DNA of 57,158 bases from an uncultured Succinatimonas sp. GTDB lineage: Bacteria > Pseudomonadota > Gammaproteobacteria > Enterobacterales > Succinivibrionaceae. Location of the stretch: positions 1-57,158 of the forward strand of contig CALFLJ010000104.1 of NCBI GenBank assembly GCA_937880335.1, in the 5' to 3' direction. Each line of letters begins with the position of its first letter. Within the stretch, counting starts at the first letter, position 1. The position numbers and the translations under genes were made by a program. The notes under the pieces were generated by a model. That model was not told the origin of the DNA, did not search any database, and worked only from the letters and a program-made list of their open reading frames with translations. Shown here in pieces: positions 41,282 to 50,579 of the stretch.

Positions 41282-43117
41282 ATGGATGTTCAAAAAATCC
41301 GTAACATTGCGATTATTGCACATGTTGATCACGGTAAGACCACATTAGTAGACAAACTCCTGCGCCAGTCCGGCACACTTGATCGCAACGAGTTAGGTCA
41401 AGAACGCGTCATGGATTCTAACGATATCGAAAAAGAGCGTGGAATTACAATTCTTTCAAAAAATACTGCCATCAATTGGAATGGTTATCGAATTAATATC
41501 GTTGATACCCCAGGTCACGCAGATTTTGGTGGTGAAGTTGAGCGTGTTATGTCCATGGTCGATTCCGTTCTATTACTAGTCGACGCAGTTGATGGACCTA
41601 TGCCACAAACTCGTTTTGTTACTCAAAAAGCTTTTGCTGCAGGTTTACGCCCAATCGTTGTAATTAATAAATGTGATCGTGAAGGAGCAAGACCTGATTG
41701 GGTAATAGATCAAGTTTTTGACTTATTTGATAATCTAGGTGCCACCGATGAGCAATTAGACTTTCCAGTTGTCTATGCATCAGCTTTCATGGGATGGGCA
41801 TCATTAGATGCAAATGAGCACGGTGATAATATGGAACCTTTGTTTGAAACTATTGTAGATAAGGTTTCAGCACCAAACGCCGATCCAAATGGATCATTCC
41901 AGATGCAAATATCCTCCCTTGATTTCACCTCTTATGTAGGCGTCATTGGTGTAGGTCGTATTAAGCGCGGTAAAGCAAAAGTAAATCAAGCTGTAACTAT
42001 TATTGACCGCGAAGGCAATACCCGTACAGGAAAAATTGGTCAGGTACTTGGATATTTAGGTTTACACCGTTCACCTGTAGATGAGGCTGAAGCTGGTGAT
42101 ATTATTGCCGTAACTGGCTTAGGCGAACTTAAGATTTCAGATACAATCTGTGATTCATCAAAAGTTGAAGCCTTACCGCCTTTATCTGTTGACGAACCAA
42201 CTGTTTCAATGAACTTCTGCGTTAATACATCTCCATTTGCAGGACGTGAAGGTAAGTTCATTACTTCTCGTAATATTGAAGACCGTTTACGTGAAGAACT
42301 TGTTCATAACGTAGCTTTAAGAGTTGAAAAAACTGAAGATGCAGATCGCTTTAAAGTTTCAGGAAGAGGAGAATTGCATTTATCAGTTCTAATTGAGGAA
42401 ATGCGTCGCGAAGGTTATGAGTTAGGTGTATCTCGCCCTGAGGTAATTCTGCATAAAGTCGATGGTAAGACCTTAGAACCATATGAGGTTTTAACATTAG
42501 ATTTAGCTGAAGAAAATCAAGGACCTGTTATGGAAGAGCTTGGTTTACGTAAAGGTGAGCTTAAAAACATGGTTCCAGATGGGAAGGGCCGTGTCCGCTT
42601 AGACTATCGTATTCCTGCTCGTGGTTTAATTGGCTTTCAAACTTTATATATGACATTGACATCTGGCTCAGGTCTTATGTATCACACTTTTGATAGCTAT
42701 GATGAATTTGTTGGTGGAAATATAGGAGAACGCCAAAATGGAGTTCTTATTTCTAATGACACTGGCAAGTCTGTCCCTTATGCTCTTTGGTTCCTACAAG
42801 AAAGAGGTCGCCTCTTTGTAGGTCCTGGTGAGGAAGTTTATGAAGGCCAAGTGATTGGTTTACATGTTCGTAGTAATGACCTTACTGTAAACCCTCTAAA
42901 AACAAAGAAACTCACTAATGTTCGCGCAGCTGGCTCTGACGATAATATTTTATTAACTCCTCCGGTTCGTATGTCTCTCGAACAATCCCTAGAGTTCATC
43001 AATGAGGATGAGTTAGTAGAAGTTACACCAAAGAGCATTCGTATTCGCAAAAAACATCTATCAGAAATGGATCGTGTAAGAGCTTTCCGAGCAGCTGGTG
43101 GCAAAAAAGCTGAATAA
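41282..43117 (+). CDS. typA: Translational GTPase TypA/BipA
   Basis: [45 protein letters not shown]. Confidence 0.98.
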   Translation: MDVQKIRNIAIIAHVDHGKTTLVDKLLRQSGTLDRNELGQERVMDSNDIEKERGITILSKNTAINWNGYRINIVDTPGHADFGGEVERVMSMVDSVLLLVDAVDGPMPQTRFVTQKAFAAGLRPIVVINKCDREGARPDWVIDQVFDLFDNLGATDEQLDFPVVYASAFMGWASLDANEHGDNMEPLFETIVDKVSAPNADPNGSFQMQISSLDFTSYVGVIGVGRIKRGKAKVNQAVTIIDREGNTRTGKIGQVLGYLGLHRSPVDEAEAGDIIAVTGLGELKISDTICDSSKVEALPPLSVDEPTVSMNFCVNTSPFAGREGKFITSRNIEDRLREELVHNVALRVEKTEDADRFKVSGRGELHLSVLIEEMRREGYELGVSRPEVILHKVDGKTLEPYEVLTLDLAEENQGPVMEELGLRKGELKNMVPDGKGRVRLDYRIPARGLIGFQTLYMTLTSGSGLMYHTFDSYDEFVGGNIGERQNGVLISNDTGKSVPYALWFLQERGRLFVGPGEEVYEGQVIGLHVRSNDLTVNPLKTKKLTNVRAAGSDDNILLTPPVRMSLEQSLEFINEDELVEVTPKSIRIRKKHLSEMDRVRAFRAAGGKKAE

Positions 43118-43140
43118 AATAGCACTATAATTGATCACAT

Positions 43141-43180
43141 AAAAAATCTGCCTTTTTTATATATTAGGGCAGATTTTTTT
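43141..43180 (+). terminator. typA terminator
   Basis: AAAAAATCTGCC...GGCAGATTTTTTT. Confidence 0.8.
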
Positions 43181-43361
43181 ATTATCATATTGTTTTAAAA
43201 CAATATATTTTTTTATATTAAATAAATTTCTTCCCACGCTATAAAAATCATTGCACTAAAAATATTTATATTCTTTTATAAATTGTGGTAATGTTTACTT
43301 ATTAAATATAATTTGCACTAAAAATAAACATATACCAATGTATATATGAAGGATATCCAAA

Positions 43362-44453
43362 ATGGTGTGCGATACCAGTGTCATTGTGGAATGCTTAAAC
43401 ACTGCAATTTTAGTTACTGACACCTCATTAAAAATTGTTTTTGCAAATGTTGCTGCCGAAACATTGTTAGGTATGTCTCGCTCACGCCTTTATACATTAA
43501 AATTCACAGACTTAATAGATAAACAGGAAACTCTGTTACTAAATGCTCTTAATGAAACAAATATAAAGCCTAATTTTCAAGGTTTTACAGCAACTGATAT
43601 ACTTCTATCTCCAGAACCTGGACGCTCTTTAGATGCTTCTCTTAGTATTTCTTTTTACCAATCTCGTCGCTGTGGCCTAGTGATCGAAGTTTATGTTCAA
43701 CCACATCAAATGCGTCTTATTAACGAGCAACAACAAAGAGAACAACATAGTGCTGCACGAAATTTAATCCGATCTTTAGCTCACGAAATAAAAAATCCTC
43801 TGGGAGGAATAAGAGGGGCGGCACAACTATTAGAAATTAGTTATAAAAACATTGAAGGGATAACAGATTATACAAAGGTAATCATCGAACAGACGGATCG
43901 GTTAAAGGATTTAGTTGATAGGCTTTTAGGGCCACAAAGACCAAATCCATTGATCCCAACAAATATTCACTATGTAATTGAAAAAGTCTTGTCTTTAATT
44001 GAGATGCAACCTTTAGATGATATCCGAATTGAAAAAGACTATGATCCCTCCTTGCCTGAAATATGTATGGATATTGACGCAATGCAACAAGTATTGCTCA
44101 ATATAATTAACAACGCTATACAAGCACTAATACAAGATAAAACAACATACCCATTAATTAGAATTCAAACTAGAGCTACCATACACTCAATAGTAAACAA
44201 TATCCGCTATTCAACTGCATTAGTAATATCGATTTCCAACAATGGACCAAAAATTCCAGAAGAAATGTTAAGTAGAATTTTTTTTCCTATGGTAACAACT
44301 AAAAGAGATGGCAATGGGCTAGGCCTTTCAATAGCTCAAGGTATAGTAGAGCGTCATGGTGGAGCTTTAGAATGTAAATCCGATACAAATCAAACTATTT
44401 TTAAAATTATTTTGCCCTTATCTATGGGCCGTAAAGATCGCGAGGATAAATAA
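43362..44453 (+). CDS. glnL: Nitrogen regulation sensor kinase NtrB
   Basis: PAS-like N-terminus, LAHEIKNPLGGIRGAAQLL, DRLLGPQRP, DYDPSLPE, GNGLGL. Confidence 0.93.
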   Translation: MVCDTSVIVECLNTAILVTDTSLKIVFANVAAETLLGMSRSRLYTLKFTDLIDKQETLLLNALNETNIKPNFQGFTATDILLSPEPGRSLDASLSISFYQSRRCGLVIEVYVQPHQMRLINEQQQREQHSAARNLIRSLAHEIKNPLGGIRGAAQLLEISYKNIEGITDYTKVIIEQTDRLKDLVDRLLGPQRPNPLIPTNIHYVIEKVLSLIEMQPLDDIRIEKDYDPSLPEICMDIDAMQQVLLNIINNAIQALIQDKTTYPLIRIQTRATIHSIVNNIRYSTALVISISNNGPKIPEEMLSRIFFPMVTTKRDGNGLGLSIAQGIVERHGGALECKSDTNQTIFKIILPLSMGRKDREDK

Positions 44454-45890
44454 ATGGATCCGATGATTTGGGTTGTCGACGATGACAATAGTATTCGTTT
44501 TGTTTTTGAAAAAGCTTTAACTGTAAATCGTATTTCTTTCCGTATTTTTGAAAGTGGAGATGCAGCTCTTGAGGCTATAAAAGAAGAACATCCTGATGTT
44601 ATTATTTCTGATATCAGAATGCCAGGAACAGATGGATTACAACTTATAAAAGAAGTTCATAAGGTAGATGAAAACATTCCAGTTATCATTATGACAGCTC
44701 ACAGTGATCTTACAGCTGCAATAGACTCTTATGAATCTGGAACTTTTGAATATCTTCCTAAACCATTTGATGTAGACCAAGCAATTGCTGTAATTCGTCG
44801 AGCCGCTGTTCACCGCGTTAATTTATTAAGATTAAAGGAACAAAAAGAAAAATCATTAGAACAACCTCAAGAAAATCGCCAAGAAGCTGAAATCATTGGA
44901 AAGTCTCCTGCAATGCAAGAGGTTTTCAAATGCATAGGACGTATAGCAAAAACAGAGCTTCCAGTTCTTATTCATGGTGAGGTTGGGACAGGACGCTCTC
45001 TTGTTGCAGCTGCAATTCATAATCACTCTGATAGAAGCGAAAAAAATTTTGTAGCTTTAAATTTAGCTTCAATGCCAGCTGAAACTATCAAAAAAGAAAT
45101 TTTTGGAGATTCTCAAGAAAACTTAAATGATTGCGCTCTTATGGCTGCAAATGGAGGAACTTTATTTATAAACGAGATCTGCGATATGCCTATGGATGTC
45201 CAAACTCGTCTTTTACAATTTTTAGAAAATAAAGAAAAATTTACTTCTGCAGTAGGTGAACCTGTCAAAATAAATGTACGCATACTCGCTGCAACTTCAC
45301 AAGACCTTGAGCGAAAAGTAAAAGAGGGAACTTTTGTTTCAGAGCTTTTTTATAGACTTAATGTAATAAATATCAATATGCCTCCTCTTCGTGAGCGCAA
45401 TAATGATATTCCAATGCTCGCAAAGCACTTCCTTTCACAAAGTGCTATTGAAAATCGAACGGAACCTAAAAAACTAACATCAGAAGTTTTAGTATTCTTA
45501 TGTCGCCAATCTTGGCCTGGGAATGTTCGCCAGCTAAAAAACTTATGTAAATACCTTACTATTATGGTTACGGGACGAGACATTCAACTAGTAGATTTAC
45601 CATCAGAATTTTTACATGCTAACAATAACCAAGTAAAACCTGCAACCTCAATTAACGGTAACTCTAGAGAGAATACCTCATGGCAAGAGCTTTTGCGTAA
45701 TTGGGTTGAAGGAAGACTCAAGGCAGGAGAGCATGACATTCTAGGAGAGGCTGTACCTGAATTTGAAAAAGTTATGCTTGAGGCAACTCTTGCATTTACA
45801 GGAAATCATAAACAAGAATCTGCACGTTTATTAGGTTGGGGACGTAATACACTTACAAGAAAAATAAAAGATCTTAATATTGATGCGTAA
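44454..45890 (+). CDS. glnG: NtrC-family response regulator with a degenerate AAA+ domain
   Basis: VDDD/SDIRMP receiver, IIGKSPAMQEVF, WPGNVRQL, HTH ARLLGWGRNTLTRK. Confidence 0.92.
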   Translation: MDPMIWVVDDDNSIRFVFEKALTVNRISFRIFESGDAALEAIKEEHPDVIISDIRMPGTDGLQLIKEVHKVDENIPVIIMTAHSDLTAAIDSYESGTFEYLPKPFDVDQAIAVIRRAAVHRVNLLRLKEQKEKSLEQPQENRQEAEIIGKSPAMQEVFKCIGRIAKTELPVLIHGEVGTGRSLVAAAIHNHSDRSEKNFVALNLASMPAETIKKEIFGDSQENLNDCALMAANGGTLFINEICDMPMDVQTRLLQFLENKEKFTSAVGEPVKINVRILAATSQDLERKVKEGTFVSELFYRLNVININMPPLRERNNDIPMLAKHFLSQSAIENRTEPKKLTSEVLVFLCRQSWPGNVRQLKNLCKYLTIMVTGRDIQLVDLPSEFLHANNNQVKPATSINGNSRENTSWQELLRNWVEGRLKAGEHDILGEAVPEFEKVMLEATLAFTGNHKQESARLLGWGRNTLTRKIKDLNIDA

Positions 45891-45923
45891 GCTCATATTT
45901 TCATTTTATAAATTATACACGTT

Positions 45924-45962
45924 TTGCCTGATATATCTTTTTTTTTTAATATCAGGCAATTT
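45924..45962 (+). terminator. Probable glnLG terminator
   Basis: TTGCCTGATAT...ATATCAGGCAA then TTT. Confidence 0.6.
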
Positions 45963-46061
45963 GAGATCAATTACTAAGAAAATAAATGCTAAATAGTGTA
46001 AATTTATCTTCATAACTAAACGGTTTCAAGTAAAGAAACTATTTTTTTTGAGAGATTGTTT

Positions 46062-48068
46062 ATGCCTTTATCTGTTTCATGCAAACAGAGTATTGCCACA
46101 AAATTAGGCACACTGTTTGCGATATCTTCATTAGTTCTAATTTTATTAACTTCTATAATCTTCTATCAATCAGCATCAAAAACACTAATTGATGACAGAC
46201 TTAATAATGAGCTTCCAAATAAGGCCGAGCTTCTAAAAACCAAAGTAGAAAACTACGTATCTCCTCTAATTAGAATTTCCAATAATATGGCTACCTCGGC
46301 TAACGTTATATATTGGATGGAAGAACAAAAAGAGAATGAAGAAGGACGAAAAATATATCAAAAGGATCAGGAAAATTTAATCTCTAACAATGGCTTTACA
46401 AGTACTTTTTTAGCTTCTTTAAAGACAAACACTTATTACACGAAAGGAAAACCTGATGGACTTTTGGAAATAGACGGTAAAGATACTTGGCTAAAAAGCA
46501 TAATAAATTATAAAAAGCCTTATTTGGCAAACATGGACTTTGACCGCGTTACAGGCAAACTTTCAATGTTTATCGATTACAAAATGTTTTCCAAAGATAA
46601 ACTAATAGGAATAACTGGAGCCATGGTTGACGCAGCAGATGTCTTAAAAACCGTAACCTCAGAAAAAATTGCGGAAACAGGATATCTTTATGTAATTTCA
46701 AAAGATGGTGTTTTGCAGGTACATCCAAATAAAGAGTGGATTCTAAATAAAAATATCAGTGAATTGGATAAAGATCTATTGCCAAAACTAATTGATGCAG
46801 TTGAAGGCAAAAAAAACTACATAGAATATAAAGGAAGGGACGGAAAAGAATATATCTATGTAGCTAAAGATTTACCTGAACTAGATTGGATCATGGTAGG
46901 AAAAGTTCCAGCTAAGGAAATTTTTGCTCCTTTAACGAACTTACTATATGAAACATTAATAGTAGCGATTGCCAGTTTATTATTAGCTCTAATAATCTCT
47001 TTCTTTGTTGCCAAACGCATTCGACTGCGCATTAATGAAATTGAATCATATGTAGATAACTTTATTAACTTTTTATCTCGAAAAAGCAATAATCCAAATA
47101 TGACTAAGCCTACATATAATGATGAATTAGGCTTAATTTCAAGAAAACTTTATGACGGTTGTGAATTCGTTAAAGAAGGAATTGTTTCTGATCGTTTAGT
47201 TTTAGATGAAGTTCGCTCTGTTTTATCCGAGGTTCATAGAGGAAAACTAGAAAGTCTTGTAAACACCAAAACAGATAACCCCGTATTAAATGATATTATT
47301 TTGCTTTTAAATGATACTTTTATTGCTATTCATAACATAAATATCCAAGTATCATCAACTCTAAACAGTTATCGCAATAACGACTTTACCTCTAGGCTCG
47401 ATAATTCAAAACTAGAAGAAGACTTCCTAGAGTTAACATCAGGTATAAACCGTTTAGGAGAAGCTTTTTGCAATATGCTTCACGGGCAAAAAGAGTTATC
47501 CTTAAATCTTCTAGACAAATCTCAAACCCAAATAAACTCTGTATCAAAAATTAAAACAGCCCTAAAAGAGCAGGTAAAATTTACAGAAGACACTACAAAA
47601 CTTGTACAAATAATTAAGCATTCTAATGACAAGGTACTTGTTGAGGCTTCTCATATTATTGAAAACGCAAAAAATATTCAAAATATTGTAATAGCAATCA
47701 GAGATGTGGCTGATAAAACTAATTTACTTGCACTAAATGCAGCTATTGAAGCTGCTCGTGCAGGCGAGGCTGGTCGTGGATTTGCTGTTGTTGCCGATGA
47801 GGTTAGAGCTTTAGCTACAAATACACAAGAAAAACTATGTGAAATTACAAATATAGCCGACTTATTACTAAAATCAATTGAAAACCTTGATACCTCTGTT
47901 AAGGATCAATCTTTATCAGTAAACAACGTAGCAACTTCAGCATCTGAACTCAAACAAGATGCAAGTAATAATATGGAACTTGTAGAACTTGCCTCTCAAG
48001 CAGGCTTAGAAGTAGCAGAGCTTGCATCTCAAATTCAATCTGAAGTAAATGAAAAGAAATTCAGCTAA
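46062..48068 (+). CDS. Methyl-accepting chemotaxis protein with a dCache-like sensor
   Basis: Two TMs, Cache-like [16 protein letters not shown], tip motif [30 protein letters not shown]. Confidence 0.93.
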   Translation: MPLSVSCKQSIATKLGTLFAISSLVLILLTSIIFYQSASKTLIDDRLNNELPNKAELLKTKVENYVSPLIRISNNMATSANVIYWMEEQKENEEGRKIYQKDQENLISNNGFTSTFLASLKTNTYYTKGKPDGLLEIDGKDTWLKSIINYKKPYLANMDFDRVTGKLSMFIDYKMFSKDKLIGITGAMVDAADVLKTVTSEKIAETGYLYVISKDGVLQVHPNKEWILNKNISELDKDLLPKLIDAVEGKKNYIEYKGRDGKEYIYVAKDLPELDWIMVGKVPAKEIFAPLTNLLYETLIVAIASLLLALIISFFVAKRIRLRINEIESYVDNFINFLSRKSNNPNMTKPTYNDELGLISRKLYDGCEFVKEGIVSDRLVLDEVRSVLSEVHRGKLESLVNTKTDNPVLNDIILLLNDTFIAIHNINIQVSSTLNSYRNNDFTSRLDNSKLEEDFLELTSGINRLGEAFCNMLHGQKELSLNLLDKSQTQINSVSKIKTALKEQVKFTEDTTKLVQIIKHSNDKVLVEASHIIENAKNIQNIVIAIRDVADKTNLLALNAAIEAARAGEAGRGFAVVADEVRALATNTQEKLCEITNIADLLLKSIENLDTSVKDQSLSVNNVATSASELKQDASNNMELVELASQAGLEVAELASQIQSEVNEKKFS

Positions 48069-48159
48069 ACTCTTATAGTTTGTACATTTAATTAAAAATT
48101 AAATGTACAATCTTGTTAAAATATAAGAAAAATTTTATAAACTCTTTTCAGAGGTAAAC

Positions 48160-48792
48160 ATGCAAAGACAAGGTGATACTATTTTTACTGGACAAAACTT
48201 AATGCTTGCTTTATGCCAAAGCGTTAAAAATGTTTTAAATACTGCAACTGGAGATAGTATTTCCTACTCACCTATGATGCAGAAAATAGGAAAAACATGT
48301 CTTACACCAGACATAGGAACTTTTGTAATGTTTACAGGTTCTATGGCAGGATTGGTAGTAATTAACTTCCCAAAAGATACAGCCATGGAAATATACTCCT
48401 CTTATATGACCTCAATGGGTCTAGATGAAAAAGATCTAGCTGCAAACTATACATCAGATGAAGTTAGTGATTCTTTAGGCGAGTTAATGAACCAAATCAT
48501 AGGTTCATTTACACGTGAAATGAGTAATAAATTACGTATACAATTATCACAATCACAACCCAAAATGTTGGTTATGCCACAAGAGGTTCAGATTAACATC
48601 AACCTAAATTTAGATAACCCACTATATAGAAGAGTTACATTTTTTACAGGTTCAGGCAAGGTATTCTATGTAGAACTTGCTATCAATGATACTGAATTTA
48701 CTCTTTTTGATAATATCGAGGAAAAACAGGAATTATCTCCTGATGATATTTTAGAAGCAGTTTTAAACGGAACAGATAAAATAAATGACTGA
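48160..48792 (+). CDS. DUF3334-like protein (CheX/CheC-like)
   Basis: LCQSV..VL..ATG, PDIGTFVMF.G...GLVVINF, GELMNQIIG (ExxN); GAGGT RBS. Confidence 0.75.
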   Translation: MQRQGDTIFTGQNLMLALCQSVKNVLNTATGDSISYSPMMQKIGKTCLTPDIGTFVMFTGSMAGLVVINFPKDTAMEIYSSYMTSMGLDEKDLAANYTSDEVSDSLGELMNQIIGSFTREMSNKLRIQLSQSQPKMLVMPQEVQININLNLDNPLYRRVTFFTGSGKVFYVELAINDTEFTLFDNIEEKQELSPDDILEAVLNGTDKIND

Positions 48793-49432
48793 CCAAATTA
48801 AGCCTTTAGATTTTAGACGTACACATTTTGTAACAAGTGCTGCTAAGATCTCTCAGTTGCCTATAGAGACAGGATCTGAAATTGCCTTTATTGGCCGTTC
48901 AAACTCAGGAAAATCGTCTTCTATAAATGCTATTTGTGACCAAAAAACTTTAGCTAAAACTAGCCGCACTCCTGGAAGAACAAGGCTTATAAATCTTTTT
49001 GAGGTATCTGCAGGAAAATATCTTGTAGACCTTCCAGGTTATGGTTACGCAGCTGTGCCTGAAAGCATGAAAAAACAGTGGCAAGAATCTTTAACACAAT
49101 ACCTACAAAAAAGAAAAGAACTAAGAGGTATTGTTATAACAATGGATATTAGAACCCCTTTAAGAGATCATGACCGCTTGATTATTGATTGGTCTATCGC
49201 TGCAAACCTCCCTGCATTAATACTTTTAACTAAAGCAGATAAATTTGGTGTAAATAAACGCCGAGAGGTTATGGGAGAACTAAAAGTGGCATTAAGTGAA
49301 TTCGGAGGAAACTTCACAATGATCCCTTTTTCTGCCCTAAAAAAAATAGGTATAGATGAAACAAGAGCCGTTTTAAATAAATGGTTCCAGATGTTCCCTG
49401 ATATCCCGAGCAAGACAAATTCTAACGAGTAA
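48785..49432 (+). CDS. engB: Ribosome biogenesis GTPase YihA/EngB
   Basis: [25 protein letters not shown]. Confidence 0.96.
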   Translation: MTDQIKPLDFRRTHFVTSAAKISQLPIETGSEIAFIGRSNSGKSSSINAICDQKTLAKTSRTPGRTRLINLFEVSAGKYLVDLPGYGYAAVPESMKKQWQESLTQYLQKRKELRGIVITMDIRTPLRDHDRLIIDWSIAANLPALILLTKADKFGVNKRREVMGELKVALSEFGGNFTMIPFSALKKIGIDETRAVLNKWFQMFPDIPSKTNSNE

Positions 49433-49437
49433 AATAT

Positions 49438-50070
49438 ATGCCCAAAGGAAATCTTTTTATTATCTCAGCACCAAGTGGAGCTGGAAAATCATCTTTGATT
49501 AGCGCCTTATTAGAGCGTTATAACTTAGATGATAAATTACGACTCTCTGTTTCTCATACCACAAGATCAATGCGACCTGGAGAAACAGATCACGTAAGTT
49601 ACCACTTTGTTTCAAAAGAAGAATTTGAAAAACTTATTGAGCGTAACGCCTTTTACGAATATGCAAAAGTTTTTGAAAATTATTACGGTACATCCCGTGA
49701 AATAGTAGAGCAATGGCTAAATGAAGGCCATGATGTTCTATTTGATATCGACTGGCAGGGAGCTAGACAAATTCGCAAGAAGACTCCACAAGCTAGGGGA
49801 ATTTTTATTGTTCCCCCATCGCTTGAGGAATTAGATCGTCGTTTACGCAATAGAGGTACTGACAGTGACGACGTTATTAATTTACGTATGAAAAAGGCCA
49901 CTGCAGAAATATCCCATGCAGAAGAATATGACCATATTATTATCAATGATAATTTTGAAGAAAGTCTTTTATATCTTAGATCTATAATTTTAGCAGCTCG
50001 TGCTGAAAGGGATAATATAAGCGATACAATAAATACGCTTTTCCCCACAAGTTCTATAGATGAGACTTAA
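49438..50070 (+). CDS. gmk: Guanylate kinase
   Basis: [26 protein letters not shown]. Confidence 0.97.
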   Translation: MPKGNLFIISAPSGAGKSSLISALLERYNLDDKLRLSVSHTTRSMRPGETDHVSYHFVSKEEFEKLIERNAFYEYAKVFENYYGTSREIVEQWLNEGHDVLFDIDWQGARQIRKKTPQARGIFIVPPSLEELDRRLRNRGTDSDDVINLRMKKATAEISHAEEYDHIIINDNFEESLLYLRSIILAARAERDNISDTINTLFPTSSIDET

Positions 50071-50280
50071 GCAAACACTAATAATCATGTATAATGTATA
50101 GATCACATTTCCATGTCATTGTGGAAAATTAAAAAAGGACTTTAAAATTCAAATTGTCCTTTTTATAGATGTGACATTTAGTAATGATAGTATTAATGCT
50201 TTAAATGTATACTATTATTAATATCACATAAATATAGCTGGTCTAATCTTGACTTTTAAAGTAACTTAACAGGAAAAAAG

Positions 50281-50565
50281 ATGGCAAGAGTTACAGTTGA
50301 AGATGCCGTAGAAAAAGTCGGTAATCGTTTTGATTTGGTTTTATTAGCCGCCAGACGTGCCAGACAGATTTCTATGGGCAGTAAACCTCTAGTTGATGAG
50401 GAAAAAGATAAACCTACCGTGATTGCATTACGTGAGATCGAAGAAGGTCTTATCTCTCGTGAGTTTTTAGATAAGCAGGATCGTAAAGAACATTTACGAG
50501 ATGCTTCTACCCATCCTAGTGACAGCGAATTCGCACCTATTGACGGCGCGGATATGTTTAACTAA
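50281..50565 (+). CDS. rpoZ: RNA polymerase omega subunit
   Basis: [39 protein letters not shown]. Confidence 0.98.
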   Translation: MARVTVEDAVEKVGNRFDLVLLAARRARQISMGSKPLVDEEKDKPTVIALREIEEGLISREFLDKQDRKEHLRDASTHPSDSEFAPIDGADMFN

Positions 50566-50579
50566 TAAAAGGATTTGTT

